A stretch of DNA of 64,000 bases from an uncultured Acidimicrobiia bacterium (GCA_963836205.1 CAWIIV010000011.1:32001-96000), one strand, 5' to 3'. Numbered from the stretch's first letter, positions 18,960 through 28,234 are shown. Notes: generated by a model not told the origin, from the sequence alone. A program made the numbers and translations.

Positions 18960-19871
18960 TCAGACGGAGGCGGTGGCTTCCTCGCGCTTCGCCGACAGGC
19001 GGTGGCCCACCCGTCCGATCTTGGCGATTCGCTCCATCAGCCGCTCGCGGGCCTGCTCCGCCTCGGGCGTGAGGCCCTCGAGGTGCTCCAGCCGCCAGTG
19101 GCGGACGACGACGGGCAGCAGGATCTGGTCGTGATGGATGCCGAGGTCGTAGATTCCCGCCCGGGCGATGGCCTTGGCCAGGTCGCGGAAGCCCTCGACG
19201 CCGGTGCCGGGCATCTCGAAGTCGCGCACCTGGCGCTCCATGGCCAGCACCATGCTCGACGGGTCGAGGGCCACCGCGGCGGTGCTCACGTCGCGGTAGA
19301 AGAGGTAGTGGAGGTTCTCGTCGGCCGCCACCCGGGCCATGACCTCGTAGCCGGAGGGGTCGTACTCGGCCAGCAGCTTGCCCGTGTTGCGGTGGGAGAT
19401 CCGCGTGGCCAGCTCCTGGAGGGCGACGTAGACCAGGCCCTCGAAGGCGTTGGCGATGGGCTGGTGGAACCCGTGGCTCACCTGCTTCATGCGGGCCCGT
19501 TCGAGCGCGACCGGGTCGATCGCCCCGGAGAGGGTGAGGTAATCGCGGATGACGATCGAGTGGCGGCCCTCCTCGGCCGTCCACCGGCGGTTCCAGGCGC
19601 CCCACGGGTGGTCCATCCCGAACATGGAGTCGAGCTTGACCGTGTAGTACGGCAGGTTGTCCTCGGTGAGCAGGTTGAGGAACAGCGCCTGGCGCACGGC
19701 CTCGTCCATGGGGTGGGCGGCGATGTCCCACGGCTCCCGGGGATCGGACTTGGCCGCCCGGTCCCAGGGCACCAACTGGTGCGGGAACCACTCCTTGGAG
19801 GTGTTCAAGTGCCGTTCGAGCAGCCGTTCCGCCTCCGGGGCCAGCTCGTGAAGGAGATCCGTCTCATTCAT
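18960..19871 (-). CDS. desA: Acyl-ACP desaturase (di-iron, DesA1-like)
   Basis: NLLTEDNLP, WTAEEGRH, QELAT, DENLH, MPG. Confidence 0.93.
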   Translation of the reverse strand: MNETDLLHELAPEAERLLERHLNTSKEWFPHQLVPWDRAAKSDPREPWDIAAHPMDEAVRQALFLNLLTEDNLPYYTVKLDSMFGMDHPWGAWNRRWTAEEGRHSIVIRDYLTLSGAIDPVALERARMKQVSHGFHQPIANAFEGLVYVALQELATRISHRNTGKLLAEYDPSGYEVMARVAADENLHYLFYRDVSTAAVALDPSSMVLAMERQVRDFEMPGTGVEGFRDLAKAIARAGIYDLGIHHDQILLPVVVRHWRLEHLEGLTPEAEQARERLMERIAKIGRVGHRLSAKREEATASV

Positions 19872-19880
19872 GCGGACCCA

Positions 19881-19902
19881 GCCTACCTACAAGTAGGTAG
19901 GC
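19881..19902. promoter_or_regulatory. Perfect palindrome, candidate repressor operator of the desaturase
   Basis: GCCTACCTAC-aa-GTAGGTAGGC, about 10 bp upstream of the desA ATG. Confidence 0.6.
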
Positions 19903-19914
19903 ACGAAAAATCGG

Positions 19915-20999
19915 TCAGAACACGACCACCGAGCGCAGGACCTCTCCCCGCTGCATCTTGGCGAAGGCGTCCTCCACGTGGTCGACGTCGATCGTCTCCG
20001 ACACGAAGCGGTCGAGGTCGAAGCGGCCCGAGAGGTACAGGTCGATCAGCATCGGGAAGTCGCGGGTGGGCAGGCAGTCGCCGTACCACGAGGGCTTGAG
20101 GGCACCGCCCCGTCCGAAGAACTCGATGTGGGGGAGCTCGAGGGTCATCGTCGGCGACGGGACCCCGACCTGGACCACGATCCCCGCCAGGTCGCGGGCG
20201 TTGAAGGCCTGGAGGAACACGTCCGGGCGCCCGACGGCCTCGATGGCGACGTCGACCCCGAAGCCGTCGGTGAGGGCCTTGATGGCCTCGACGGGGTCGT
20301 CTCCCGGGAGTTGACGGTGTCGGTGGCGCCGAACGCCCGGGCCCACTCGAGCTTGCGGTCGTCGACGTCGACCGCGATCACCGTGCGGGCACCGGCCAGC
20401 CGGGAGGCGGCGATGGCGGCGTCGCCCACCCCGCCGCAGCCGAAGACGGCCACCGTGTCGCCCCGGCCGACCCCGCCGGTGGTGACCGCGGCGCCGAAGC
20501 CGGCCATGACGCCGCAGCCGATGAGCCCGGCCGCCTCGGGGCGAGCCCGGGGGTCGACCTTCACCGCCTGGCCCGCGGCCACGAGCGTCTTCTCCACGAA
20601 GGCGCCGATGCCCAGGGCGGGGCTCAGGGGGGTGCCGTCGGCGAGGGTCATCTTCTGGGTCGCGTTGGCGCTGTCGAAGCAGTACCAGGGCCGGCCCCGC
20701 AGGCACGAACGGCACCGCCCGCACGGCGCCCGCCAGGCCAGCACCACATAGTCGCCGACGGCCACGTTGTCGACGTCGGGCCCGACGGCGTCGACCACGC
20801 CCGCCGCTTCGTGGCCGAGGAGGAACGGGAAGTCGTCGTTGATGGCGCCCTCCCGGTAGTGGAGGTCGGTGTGGCAGACGCCGCAGGCCTGCACCGTCAC
20901 CACCACCTCGCCCGGCCCGGGGTCGGGGACGACGACGGTCTCGACCGTCACCGGCGCCCCCTTGGCGGTCGCGACAACACCTCGAACCTCGCTCGGCAT
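19915..20999 (-). CDS. mscR: S-(hydroxymethyl)mycothiol dehydrogenase / S-nitrosomycothiol reductase (one base missing near 20303)
   Basis: [31 protein letters not shown] in one frame; DPVEAI...[14 protein letters not shown]...GEVLRSVV in another. Confidence 0.9.
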
Positions 21000-21071
21000 C
21001 GGATGTCCCTCCTGTCTCGGAGTGGTTCGGACCAACCTTACGGGCGCCGAGGCTCGGTACCATGCCGTTGC

Positions 21072-21656
21072 ATGGGTCGTCCTGCTCGCCTCGGGTTCGC
21101 CCTGCTGGCGGCCGTGGTCCTCGTCTGCGCCGGGTGTTCGTCGAAGGTCGACACCGTCGGTACGGAAGGACCGCCGTCGACCATCTCCGGTCAGCCGCCG
21201 GCGTCCGAGCCGACTCCGCCCGCCGACACCGTCCCCGACGGTGATGGCGACCTCCCCACCGACCTCCCTCTCGACACCGAGCCGCCGCTGATCGAGAACC
21301 CGGATGGCGAGATGGTCGCGCCCGCCGTCGCCCAGGCCGGCGGCGGGTGGCGGCTGGTGGTGAACCATCCGACCGCGGGGTCGACGGTGGGGCGGGCGGC
21401 GCTGGTCTGCTACGTCGTCACGGGACCGGTTCAGAGTGCCGCCGTCGTGCTCGAGGTCACCGTCGTCGGCCAGGCGCCGGTCCAGGTCGCGGGATCGGTG
21501 GGGCGGGGGTCGGCCCACGCCGACCTCACGGCCGATCCCGAGCCCCGCGACGTCCGTGTGCAGCTGATCGTCGACGGCAGGCGACTCGACGGTGGGGCGG
21601 TGACGATCCCGGCCGTCCTCGTGGCCCCCGCGGTCGTCGACGCGCCCTGTCCCTGA
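21072..21656 (+). CDS. Lipoprotein of unknown function
   Basis: VCAGC lipobox. TACCAT -10 before the ATG. Confidence 0.7.
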   Translation: MGRPARLGFALLAAVVLVCAGCSSKVDTVGTEGPPSTISGQPPASEPTPPADTVPDGDGDLPTDLPLDTEPPLIENPDGEMVAPAVAQAGGGWRLVVNHPTAGSTVGRAALVCYVVTGPVQSAAVVLEVTVVGQAPVQVAGSVGRGSAHADLTADPEPRDVRVQLIVDGRRLDGGAVTIPAVLVAPAVVDAPCP

Positions 21657-21675
21657 CGGGGCGCGTCGGTCCCCG

Positions 21676-21966
21676 CTACGAGGGAGTGGCCCCCGGCATG
21701 TTGAGCGTGGTCATGTCGGCCAGGGGATAGACGTTGTAGGTGGAGTAGTTGTAGACCGGCGACTGGGCCAGCAGCATCTCCAACTCGTCGTTGGAGCTCA
21801 CGTTGTAGATCCACGCCCCGCCGTGGCTGCCGACGATGTGGTAGCGGCCGATGACCTTGCCTGACGCCTCCAGCGGCTTGGCATAGTCGGGCATCCTCAG
21901 GACGGTGCGCATCATCTCGCCCGACAGCCGCGAGATCTCCATCCGCCAAATGACCAGGAACTTCAC
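21676..21966 (-). CDS. Muconolactone isomerase/DUF3303-like small protein
   Basis: GAGGAGG RBS. MKFLVIW...[28 protein letters not shown]...P..YPL. Confidence 0.7.
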   Translation of the reverse strand: MKFLVIWRMEISRLSGEMMRTVLRMPDYAKPLEASGKVIGRYHIVGSHGGAWIYNVSSNDELEMLLAQSPVYNYSTYNVYPLADMTTLNMPGATPS

Positions 21967-22001
21967 AGTGAGGCCTCCTCGAAGTGGTTCGGTACCAAGG
22001 T

Positions 22002-22353
22002 AGGCGCACAGTCGGACGGGCTCCGCCCCCCGACGGCCCCCCGAGGTCAAAGGCGCACAGTCGGACGGGCTCCGCCCCCCGACGGCCCCCCGAGGTCAAA
22101 GGCGCACAGTCGGACGGGCTCCGCCCCCCGACGGCCCCCCGAGGTCAAAGGCGCACAGTCGGACGGGCTCCGCCGCCCGACGGCCCCCCGAGGTCAGGTC
22201 AAAGGCGCACAGTCGGACGGGCTCCGCCCCCCGACGGCCCCCCGAGGTCAAAGGCGCACAGTCGGACGGGCTCCGCCCCCCGACGGCCCCCCGAGGTCAA
22301 AGGCGCACAGTCGGACGGGCTCCGCCCCCCGACGGCCCCCCGAGGTCAAAGGC
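22002..22353. repeat. Tandem array of seven 49-bp hairpin-containing units
   Basis: Unit aggcgcacagtcggacgggctccgccccccgacggccccccgaggtcaa at 22002, 22051, 22100, 22149 (+5 bp), 22203, 22252, 22301. Confidence 0.95.
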
Positions 22354-22447
22354 TCGGACCAGCTTCGGCCGGGCTGCTCGTTGTTCCGACAGGCGTTCCG
22401 GCTCCTTCGACGCCTGCCTGTCGGGCCGGGCCGGGGTCCGGCCCTGT

Positions 22448-22500
22448 CGAAACTGGTGACGGGAAAGGGCGTGTGGCGGCCTTGGGTGTCACCAGTTCGG
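22448..22500. repeat. Palindromic element, family A
   Basis: AACTGGTGAC...GTCACCAGTT, 47-bp core. Confidence 0.75.
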
Positions 22501-22521
22501 GACGGGCGGCGGGGGGGTGGC

Positions 22522-22546
22522 GGTTATCGGGGGGGGATGCGGGTAG
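22522..22546 (+). promoter_or_regulatory. SigB/SigF-type promoter
   Basis: GGTT-N15-GGGTAG, 10 nt upstream of the ATG at 22557. Confidence 0.5.
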
Positions 22547-22556
22547 GTACCGGGGC

Positions 22557-22856
22557 ATGACCGATCCCCGCCTGGAAGATCACGTGGTCGGGTTGGAACT
22601 GCAGCTCGTCGAGTTGGTCGAGCGTCGCGAGCGGGCCCTGGTGCAGGGCTTGCCCGACGAGGCGGAGGCCATCGCCGACGAGATCGACGAGGTGCAGACC
22701 GAGCTGATTGTCAGTGCCGAGGCAGTTGCCACCGAGCATCCGGAACCGCACGCCGAGGTGTTGGCCGAGTCGGCGGAAGAGGCGACGTTCACCCTCCTCG
22801 ACGCCGGTATGCACGTCGGGCCGGCGGGCCGGCCCCGGGACCGGATGGCCAGCTAG
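22557..22856 (+). CDS. Small acidic coiled-coil hypothetical protein
   Basis: 99 aa, MTDPRLEDHVVGLELQLVEL..., typical codon bias. Confidence 0.65.
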   Translation: MTDPRLEDHVVGLELQLVELVERRERALVQGLPDEAEAIADEIDEVQTELIVSAEAVATEHPEPHAEVLAESAEEATFTLLDAGMHVGPAGRPRDRMAS

Positions 22857-22874
22857 TCCCGGCGGAGCGGCGGG

Positions 22875-23438
22875 CTACTCCCCGTCCCCGGCGTCCCCGG
22901 CGGGCCGGTTTCCTTCCGCGTCGACCTGCTCGACGCTCTCGGCCTGCTCCTTCTCCAGCACCTCGGCCGCGTCGCGGGCCTCTTCGTCGGACTCGGCATG
23001 CACTGCCACCAGGACCTTCCCGCCCCTGATGGAGTCCCCGAAGGTGAGCTCCCAGTTCTCGCTGAGGTCCATCGACCCGATGCCGCCGACCATGCCGCCG
23101 ACCGCGCCACCCCCGATGCCGCCGGCGAACATGGCCGCGAAGATCCCAGTCCCGATGCCGGGGCCGACGCCGGGGATGGCGAAGGCGGCCGCGCCCGCCA
23201 GAGCCCCGAGGACGGTGCCCACCGCTCCTCCCTTGGCCGCCTGCTTGCCCATCTCGGCTGCGACCTCCATGTCGCGCAGGCGGGTGTCGGGATCGCTGGC
23301 CACCTCCTCCGCATCGCGGCCGACGAGTGAGACCTTGTCGGCGTCGAAGCCGGCCCGACTCAGGCCCTCAAGGGCCTCCCGGGCCTGCTCGGGCGTGGCG
23401 AAGGTGGCGACGACGTTGTGGTCGCTCGGCCGGGTCAT
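22875..23438 (-). CDS. General stress protein (YflT/17M-like, glycine zipper)
   Basis: VVATFATPEQAREALEGL..AGF...VSLVG, Gly-zipper, GGKVLVAVH. Confidence 0.85.
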   Translation of the reverse strand: MTRPSDHNVVATFATPEQAREALEGLSRAGFDADKVSLVGRDAEEVASDPDTRLRDMEVAAEMGKQAAKGGAVGTVLGALAGAAAFAIPGVGPGIGTGIFAAMFAGGIGGGAVGGMVGGIGSMDLSENWELTFGDSIRGGKVLVAVHAESDEEARDAAEVLEKEQAESVEQVDAEGNRPAGDAGDGE

Positions 23439-23563
23439 ATCGGCATGGGGTCCGGGAAGGGCGGCTCGGGCAGCGGCATGGGCGGCTCCGGCTCCGGCAT
23501 GGGCCCGGGGAGGGGGTCGATGGGCGGCGGGGACGGGATGGGTTGCGGGATGCTCGATCGCAC
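23435..23563 (-). CDS. Small proline-rich peptide (42 aa)
   Basis: GTG start, MRSSIPQPIPSPPPIDPLPGPMPEPEPPMPLPEPPFPDPMPI*. ATGA overlap with the stress-protein gene; SigB-like promoter upstream. Confidence 0.55.
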   Translation of the reverse strand: MRSSIPQPIPSPPPIDPLPGPMPEPEPPMPLPEPPFPDPMPI

Positions 23564-23573
23564 GCCTACGCGC

Positions 23574-23599
23574 CTACCCGCGGCCTCCGCGCCCGAAAC
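23574..23599 (-). promoter_or_regulatory. SigB/SigF-type promoter
   Basis: GTTT-N16-GGGTAG on the minus strand. Confidence 0.6.
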
Positions 23600-23654
23600 G
23601 GCCGTGCCCGGCGCCCGGGTTGGAACCGGGGACGGGCGGGAAGGGTGGCCGGCA

Positions 23655-24704
23655 ATGGCCCGGCTGCGCAGGAGCGACCTCAACGGGCCCGGCATCCGCC
23701 GGCGGCGGGCGGGCAAGGGGTTCACCTACCTCGACGCCGACGGCCGGCGGGTGAGCGACCCCGAGATCCTCGACCGCATCCGGGCCCTGGGCATCCCTCC
23801 GGCGTGGACCGACGTGTGGATCTGCCCCGAGCCCAGGGGCCACATCCAGGCCGTCGGCACCGACGCCCGGGGCCGCCGCCAGTACCGGTACCACGACGTG
23901 TGGCGGATCGACCGTGACCGGGAGAAGTTCGACCACATGCTCGAGTTCGGGCGCAGCCTGCCGAAGCTCCGGCACTGCATGTTCGAGCACCTCCGGGAGG
24001 ACGGGCTGGGCCGTGACCGGGTCCTCGCCTGCAGCGCCCGCCTCCTCGACCTGGGGTTCTTCCGCATCGGCACCGAGGGCTACGCCGAGGAGAACCAGAC
24101 CTACGGCCTGGCCACCATGCAGAAGCGGCACGTGAAGCTGGCCGGTGACGGGATCGTCGAGTTCGACTACGTCGCCAAGGGCGGCAAGCGCCGGCTGACC
24201 TCGGTGGTCGACCCCCTGGTCTACGACGTGGTGGCCGCGCTCAAGCAGCGCCGGGGCGGGCTGCCGGAGCTGTTGGCCTGGCGCCGGCGGGTGGGGCGAC
24301 GGGTGGTCTGGGTCGACGTCCGGTCCACCGACATCAACGCCTACATCAAGGAGGTGACCGGCGGGGACTTCACGGCCAAGGACTTCCGCACCTGGAACGC
24401 CACCGTGTTGGCCGCGGTGGCCCTGTCGGTGTCGACCAACGCGGCCTCGCCCCACGCCCGCAAACGAGCGATTAGCCGGGCTTATCAGGAGGTCGCCCAC
24501 TACCTGGGGAACACGCCCGCCGTGTGCCGGAAGTCGTACGTCGACCCCCGCCTGCTCGACCACTACCAGTCGGGGTCGACCATCGCCGACGTGCTCGAAT
24601 CGATCTGGGCCGCCGACGACGACATCGCCACCCACGATGCGGTCGAGACCGCCGTCCTCGACCTGCTCGATCCGGTCATGACCCGGGAGGCCATACCGGC
24701 CTGA
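23655..24704 (+). CDS. Bacterial DNA topoisomerase IB
   Basis: IPPAWTDVWIC, GRRQYRYH, FRIG, KDFRTW, LGNTPAVCRKSY (catalytic Tyr). Confidence 0.95.
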   Translation: MARLRRSDLNGPGIRRRRAGKGFTYLDADGRRVSDPEILDRIRALGIPPAWTDVWICPEPRGHIQAVGTDARGRRQYRYHDVWRIDRDREKFDHMLEFGRSLPKLRHCMFEHLREDGLGRDRVLACSARLLDLGFFRIGTEGYAEENQTYGLATMQKRHVKLAGDGIVEFDYVAKGGKRRLTSVVDPLVYDVVAALKQRRGGLPELLAWRRRVGRRVVWVDVRSTDINAYIKEVTGGDFTAKDFRTWNATVLAAVALSVSTNAASPHARKRAISRAYQEVAHYLGNTPAVCRKSYVDPRLLDHYQSGSTIADVLESIWAADDDIATHDAVETAVLDLLDPVMTREAIPA

Positions 24705-24732
24705 TCGGAGGCCGGGTGCTCTACGCTCGGAC

Positions 24733-25302
24733 GTGATGCGGCTCCGACCCGCCCTGATCCTGGCCGCACCCGCCGGTGTCCTGGGCGGCCATGCGATCGG
24801 GTACCTGGCCGCACCCGGACCGGCGGGCGTGGCCGCGGTCCATCACGGCTACCTGGCCCTGGCCCTGGCCATCGCCGTTCCCCTGGCCGTGCTCGCCGTG
24901 GGATGGGCGGTCACCGCAGGGGCGGCCGGCACGGGCACCGTCGCTGCCGCCTCCCGCCGGGGGGCCGTCTCCGTCGGGCCGCTGCTCCTGGGCCAGTGGA
25001 CGTTGTTCGTCGGCCAAGAGGTGGTGGAGCACGCCGCCACCGGTCACGGCGCCGCCGCCGTGCTCCACTCGCCGGCCCTGTGGTGCGGGCTGGCGGCCCA
25101 GGTGGTCACCGCCCTGGCGGTGGTGGTCCTGGTGCGGGCGTCGGCCGGCACCGGAGCCCGGCTCGTCTCCCGGTTCGGTGGCCGCCTCCTGTGGGTCCTG
25201 CCGCTCTTCTTCTGGCTCGTGCCTCGGCCGCCCCGCCGGCCGCCGCTGTCGCTCGTCGTCGTCAGCCCGTCCCGGGGACCGCCCGCGGCCCGGTTCGCCT
25301 GA
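24733..25302 (+). CDS. His-containing membrane protein with a C-terminal RGPP (arrest-like) motif
   Basis: About 4 TM, GH..GY, HHGY, QEVVEH. Ends VSPSRGPPAARFA*. Confidence 0.75.
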   Translation: MMRLRPALILAAPAGVLGGHAIGYLAAPGPAGVAAVHHGYLALALAIAVPLAVLAVGWAVTAGAAGTGTVAAASRRGAVSVGPLLLGQWTLFVGQEVVEHAATGHGAAAVLHSPALWCGLAAQVVTALAVVVLVRASAGTGARLVSRFGGRLLWVLPLFFWLVPRPPRRPPLSLVVVSPSRGPPAARFA

Positions 25303-25339
25303 CACCACGTCCGACAACCTTTCACGAGAGCGAGGGAAC

Positions 25340-25777
25340 ATGGCCCTGGCCCGCATCACGCGGCTGGCCGTCGTCGTCACCGTCGTCGCCGGCATCGCCC
25401 TGAGCGCATGCAGCGACGACGACAGCACTGTGTCGAGCTCGTCCACCACCGTCGTCACCACGGTCCCCGGCGGCTCCAGCACCACCGCCGCCACGGCCCC
25501 CACCACCACCGCCTCGGCAGGGAAGGTCGCCGCCTTCTCCTTCTCCGGTGGCAACGTCACCGGTGACAGCGAGGTCACGGCCAAGGTCGGCGAGCAGGTC
25601 ACCATCGTCGTGGTGAGCGACGTCGCCGAGGAGGTTCACGTCCACACCTACGACCTCATGGTGGAACTGGAGCCCAACGTGGCCGGCCAAATCACGTTCA
25701 CGGCCGACATCCCCGGGGTCCACGAGGTCGAGCTGGAGGACAGCGGGCTCCACCTCACCAGCCTCAAGGTGCAGTGA
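25340..25777 (+). CDS. Lipoprotein with a cupredoxin-like domain
   Basis: LSAC lipobox. GEQVTIVVVSD..EEVHVHTYD...FTADIPGVHEVE. Confidence 0.75.
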   Translation: MALARITRLAVVVTVVAGIALSACSDDDSTVSSSSTTVVTTVPGGSSTTAATAPTTTASAGKVAAFSFSGGNVTGDSEVTAKVGEQVTIVVVSDVAEEVHVHTYDLMVELEPNVAGQITFTADIPGVHEVELEDSGLHLTSLKVQ

Positions 25778-27144
25778 CCGCAGGCCGCAGGGTCGTCCTG
25801 CTGTCGGCGGCGACGGCGGGGGCGTGGCTGGCGACGGCCGGCCCCGCCTTCGCCCACGGCCTGGGCGGGCGCTCCGACCTGCCCCTGCCGGTGTGGATGT
25901 TCGCCTACGGGGCGGCCGGCGCCATCGTGGTGTCCTTCGCCGCCCTGGCCGCCTTCTGGCCGGTGGCGCGGCTCCAGGACGGCGTGGCCGGGGTCGTCCT
26001 CGTGCCGGCCGAACGGCGGGGGCTGACGTCGGGGTTGGCAGCCGTCGCCCGGGTGGTGGGCGTGGTCGTCTTCGTCGTGGTGCTGGGGGCGGCCTTGTTC
26101 GGGCCGGCGGAGGCGGCCGACAATCTGGCCCCGGCCGTGGTCTACATCGCCTTCTGGGTGGGTTTCATGTTCGTCAGCGCCGTCGTCGGCGACGGGTGGC
26201 GGGCGCTGTCGCCGTTCCCCGCCCTGGCCGCCGCCGTCGAGCGGCTCCGGGGTGGCCCGCCGGCCGAGCCCTACCTGGTCGGACACTGGCCGGCGGTGGG
26301 ACTGCTGTTCGGGTTCGTGTGGCTGGAGCTGGCCTACCCCGACCGGGCCGACCCCCGGCACTTGGCAGTGGCGATGATCGTCTACACCGGCGTGGTGCTC
26401 GCCGGCGCCGCCCGGTGGGGCAAACCCTTCCTCCGCCGCGGGGAGGCCTTTGCCGCCTTCTTCGGGCTGCTGGCGACGATGGCGCCGGTCTACACCGACG
26501 ACGAGGGGCGCCTGCGGCTGCGCCCGCCGCTGACCGGACTGGCGACGATGGAGGTGTTTCCGGGCACGGTGGCGATGATCATCGTCGCCCTGGGCTCGAC
26601 CACCTTCGACGGGGTCAGCCGCACCCGGGTGTGGGTCGACCTGGTCAGCGACCTGGGGAAGTGGCCGCTCATGGTCGCCCTCACCCTGGGGCTGATGGCC
26701 ACCATCATCGTGGTGGGTGCGGCCTACGTGGGGGCCATGAAGGTGGCCGCCGCCCGCACCGGCCGGGAGTTGCACGAGCTGACCCGGCTGTTCGCCCACA
26801 CGCTCGTCCCCATCGTGTTCGCCTACGCGGTGGCGCACTACTTCTCGTACCTGCTGTTCGAGGGCCAGGCGGTCATCTCGCTGGCGTCCGACCCGTTCGG
26901 GCAGGGCTGGGACCTGTTCGGGACGGCGACGAGGGCGATCGACTACCGGCTGGTGACGCCCCGGGTGGTGTCGTGGGTGCAGGTGGCGGCCATCGTGTCG
27001 GGCCACGTGGCCGGGGTGGTGCTGGCCCACGACCGGGCCCTGGCCACCTTCCCGGCCAAGGACGCCACCCGTTCCCAATACCCGCTGCTGGCGGCCATGG
27101 TCCTCTTCACCGTCGGCGGCCTGACGTTGCTCCTGTCGACGTGA
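25774..27144 (+). CDS. Polytopic membrane protein (family often labelled fenitrothion hydrolase/FedB-like)
   Basis: AFAHGLGGRSDLPLP, GSTTFDG, PIVFAYAVAHY, SDPFGQGWDLFG, GHVAGVVLAHD, SQYP. Confidence 0.8.
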   Translation: MTAGRRVVLLSAATAGAWLATAGPAFAHGLGGRSDLPLPVWMFAYGAAGAIVVSFAALAAFWPVARLQDGVAGVVLVPAERRGLTSGLAAVARVVGVVVFVVVLGAALFGPAEAADNLAPAVVYIAFWVGFMFVSAVVGDGWRALSPFPALAAAVERLRGGPPAEPYLVGHWPAVGLLFGFVWLELAYPDRADPRHLAVAMIVYTGVVLAGAARWGKPFLRRGEAFAAFFGLLATMAPVYTDDEGRLRLRPPLTGLATMEVFPGTVAMIIVALGSTTFDGVSRTRVWVDLVSDLGKWPLMVALTLGLMATIIVVGAAYVGAMKVAAARTGRELHELTRLFAHTLVPIVFAYAVAHYFSYLLFEGQAVISLASDPFGQGWDLFGTATRAIDYRLVTPRVVSWVQVAAIVSGHVAGVVLAHDRALATFPAKDATRSQYPLLAAMVLFTVGGLTLLLST

Positions 27145-27305
27145 TCGTCGCCCACGGAGGGACGGCGGGAGCGGTGGCGGAGGCTGTCTTCCTGGCCGTC
27201 CCCGTGGTCGTGTTCCTCCTCCTGTCACGATGGTCGAAGCGCAAGGCGAGGGCGCTCGAGGCCCAGGAGGGCCGGGGCGAAGGCGAGAGGGAGGACGGCC
27301 CTTGA
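27141..27305 (+). CDS. Small single-TM protein (54 aa)
   Basis: MIVAHGGTAGAVAEAVFLAVPVVVFLLLSRWSKRK. Overlaps at both ends (GTGA, TTGA). Confidence 0.7.
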   Translation: MIVAHGGTAGAVAEAVFLAVPVVVFLLLSRWSKRKARALEAQEGRGEGEREDGP

Positions 27306-28234
27306 GACGACTCGGCCCGATGGCGGTGGTGGCGGTCGGCTGCGCCGCCCTCCTGGCCCGACCGTGGCTGATCCGGCTGCCGGGAGACCCGGTCGCGCTC
27401 CTGGTCGTCCTGTTCGTGGTCCTCGGCCTGGTAGGCGCTTTCTGGCCCCTCCCGACCCCGGCCTCGGAGGCGACGGCGACGGCAACGGCGACGGCAACGG
27501 CGGCCGACGACGGGCCACCCGGGCAAGTGCGGGTGTCCGACCCGATCGTGGGGCCGTCCCTGCCGTCCCTGCCGTCGCCGCCCCTGCCGCCCGCCCGAGT
27601 CCCCCGGCCCCTTCGCCTCGGCGAGCGATTGGCGCGGAAACCGCCAGGAGGGGGCACTCGTGGCAATCGCTCGCACCGAGAGCCCCGCCGCTCGTCACCC
27701 CCGCCAGCGATTGGCGCGGGAGCCCCCGAGGAGGGGGCACTTGTGGCGATCGCTCGGACGACGAGCTCCGAACCGGCGCCGTGGGCGGCGGCTCCGGCGA
27801 CGACGCTGGTGCTGCCCTCGGAGCAGCCGAGCGCGAGGCCCCCGGCGTCGGCCTGGCCGCCGGTGCCGGCGTGGTTGGCGCTTGGGGTCGGATTGGGCGC
27901 CTTCGGGGCGGGACGGCTGCTGGCCGTGGGGGCGGTGCCGGTCGCCCCCTTCGTGCTGCGGTCGGTGGCCCTCAACAGCCTGGCCGCGGTCTCGGAGGAG
28001 GCCTTCTTCCGCCGCTTCGCCTACGGCCTGGCCGCGGCCCGGCGAGGGCCGGCCGTGGCCATCGGCACCTCGGCCGCCATCTTCGCCGCCGTCCACGTGA
28101 CGGTGTGGGGCTGGGCCGTCCTCCCCCTCGACCTGGCCGCCGGACTCGTCCTCGGCTGGCAACGGTGGGCCAGCGGCGGCTGGTCGGTGCCCGCCGCCAC
28201 CCACGTGGCCGCCAACGTCCTGGCGGTGTGGTGA
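27302..28234 (+). CDS. CPBP (CAAX/Abi) family intramembrane glutamic protease
   Basis: EEAFFR, FAAVH, THVAAN motifs, with a long low-complexity insert. Confidence 0.85.
   Translation: MRRLGPMAVVAVGCAALLARPWLIRLPGDPVALLVVLFVVLGLVGAFWPLPTPASEATATATATATAADDGPPGQVRVSDPIVGPSLPSLPSPPLPPARVPRPLRLGERLARKPPGGGTRGNRSHREPRRSSPPPAIGAGAPEEGALVAIARTTSSEPAPWAAAPATTLVLPSEQPSARPPASAWPPVPAWLALGVGLGAFGAGRLLAVGAVPVAPFVLRSVALNSLAAVSEEAFFRRFAYGLAAARRGPAVAIGTSAAIFAAVHVTVWGWAVLPLDLAAGLVLGWQRWASGGWSVPAATHVAANVLAVW
27621..27757. repeat. Two copies of a ~52-54 bp palindromic element (family B) inside the CPBP CDS
   Basis: gcgagcgattggcgcg...cgtggcaatcgctcgc and agcgattggcgcg...tgtggcgatcgctc. Confidence 0.75.

Noticed and set aside
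20295-20310. Programmed frameshift in mscR
   Set aside because: No slippery heptamer, and MscR is a single ORF elsewhere. A sequencing error or simple mutation is more likely.
22002-22353. CRISPR array
   Set aside because: The units are contiguous and near-identical, with no unique spacers, and there are no cas genes in the window.
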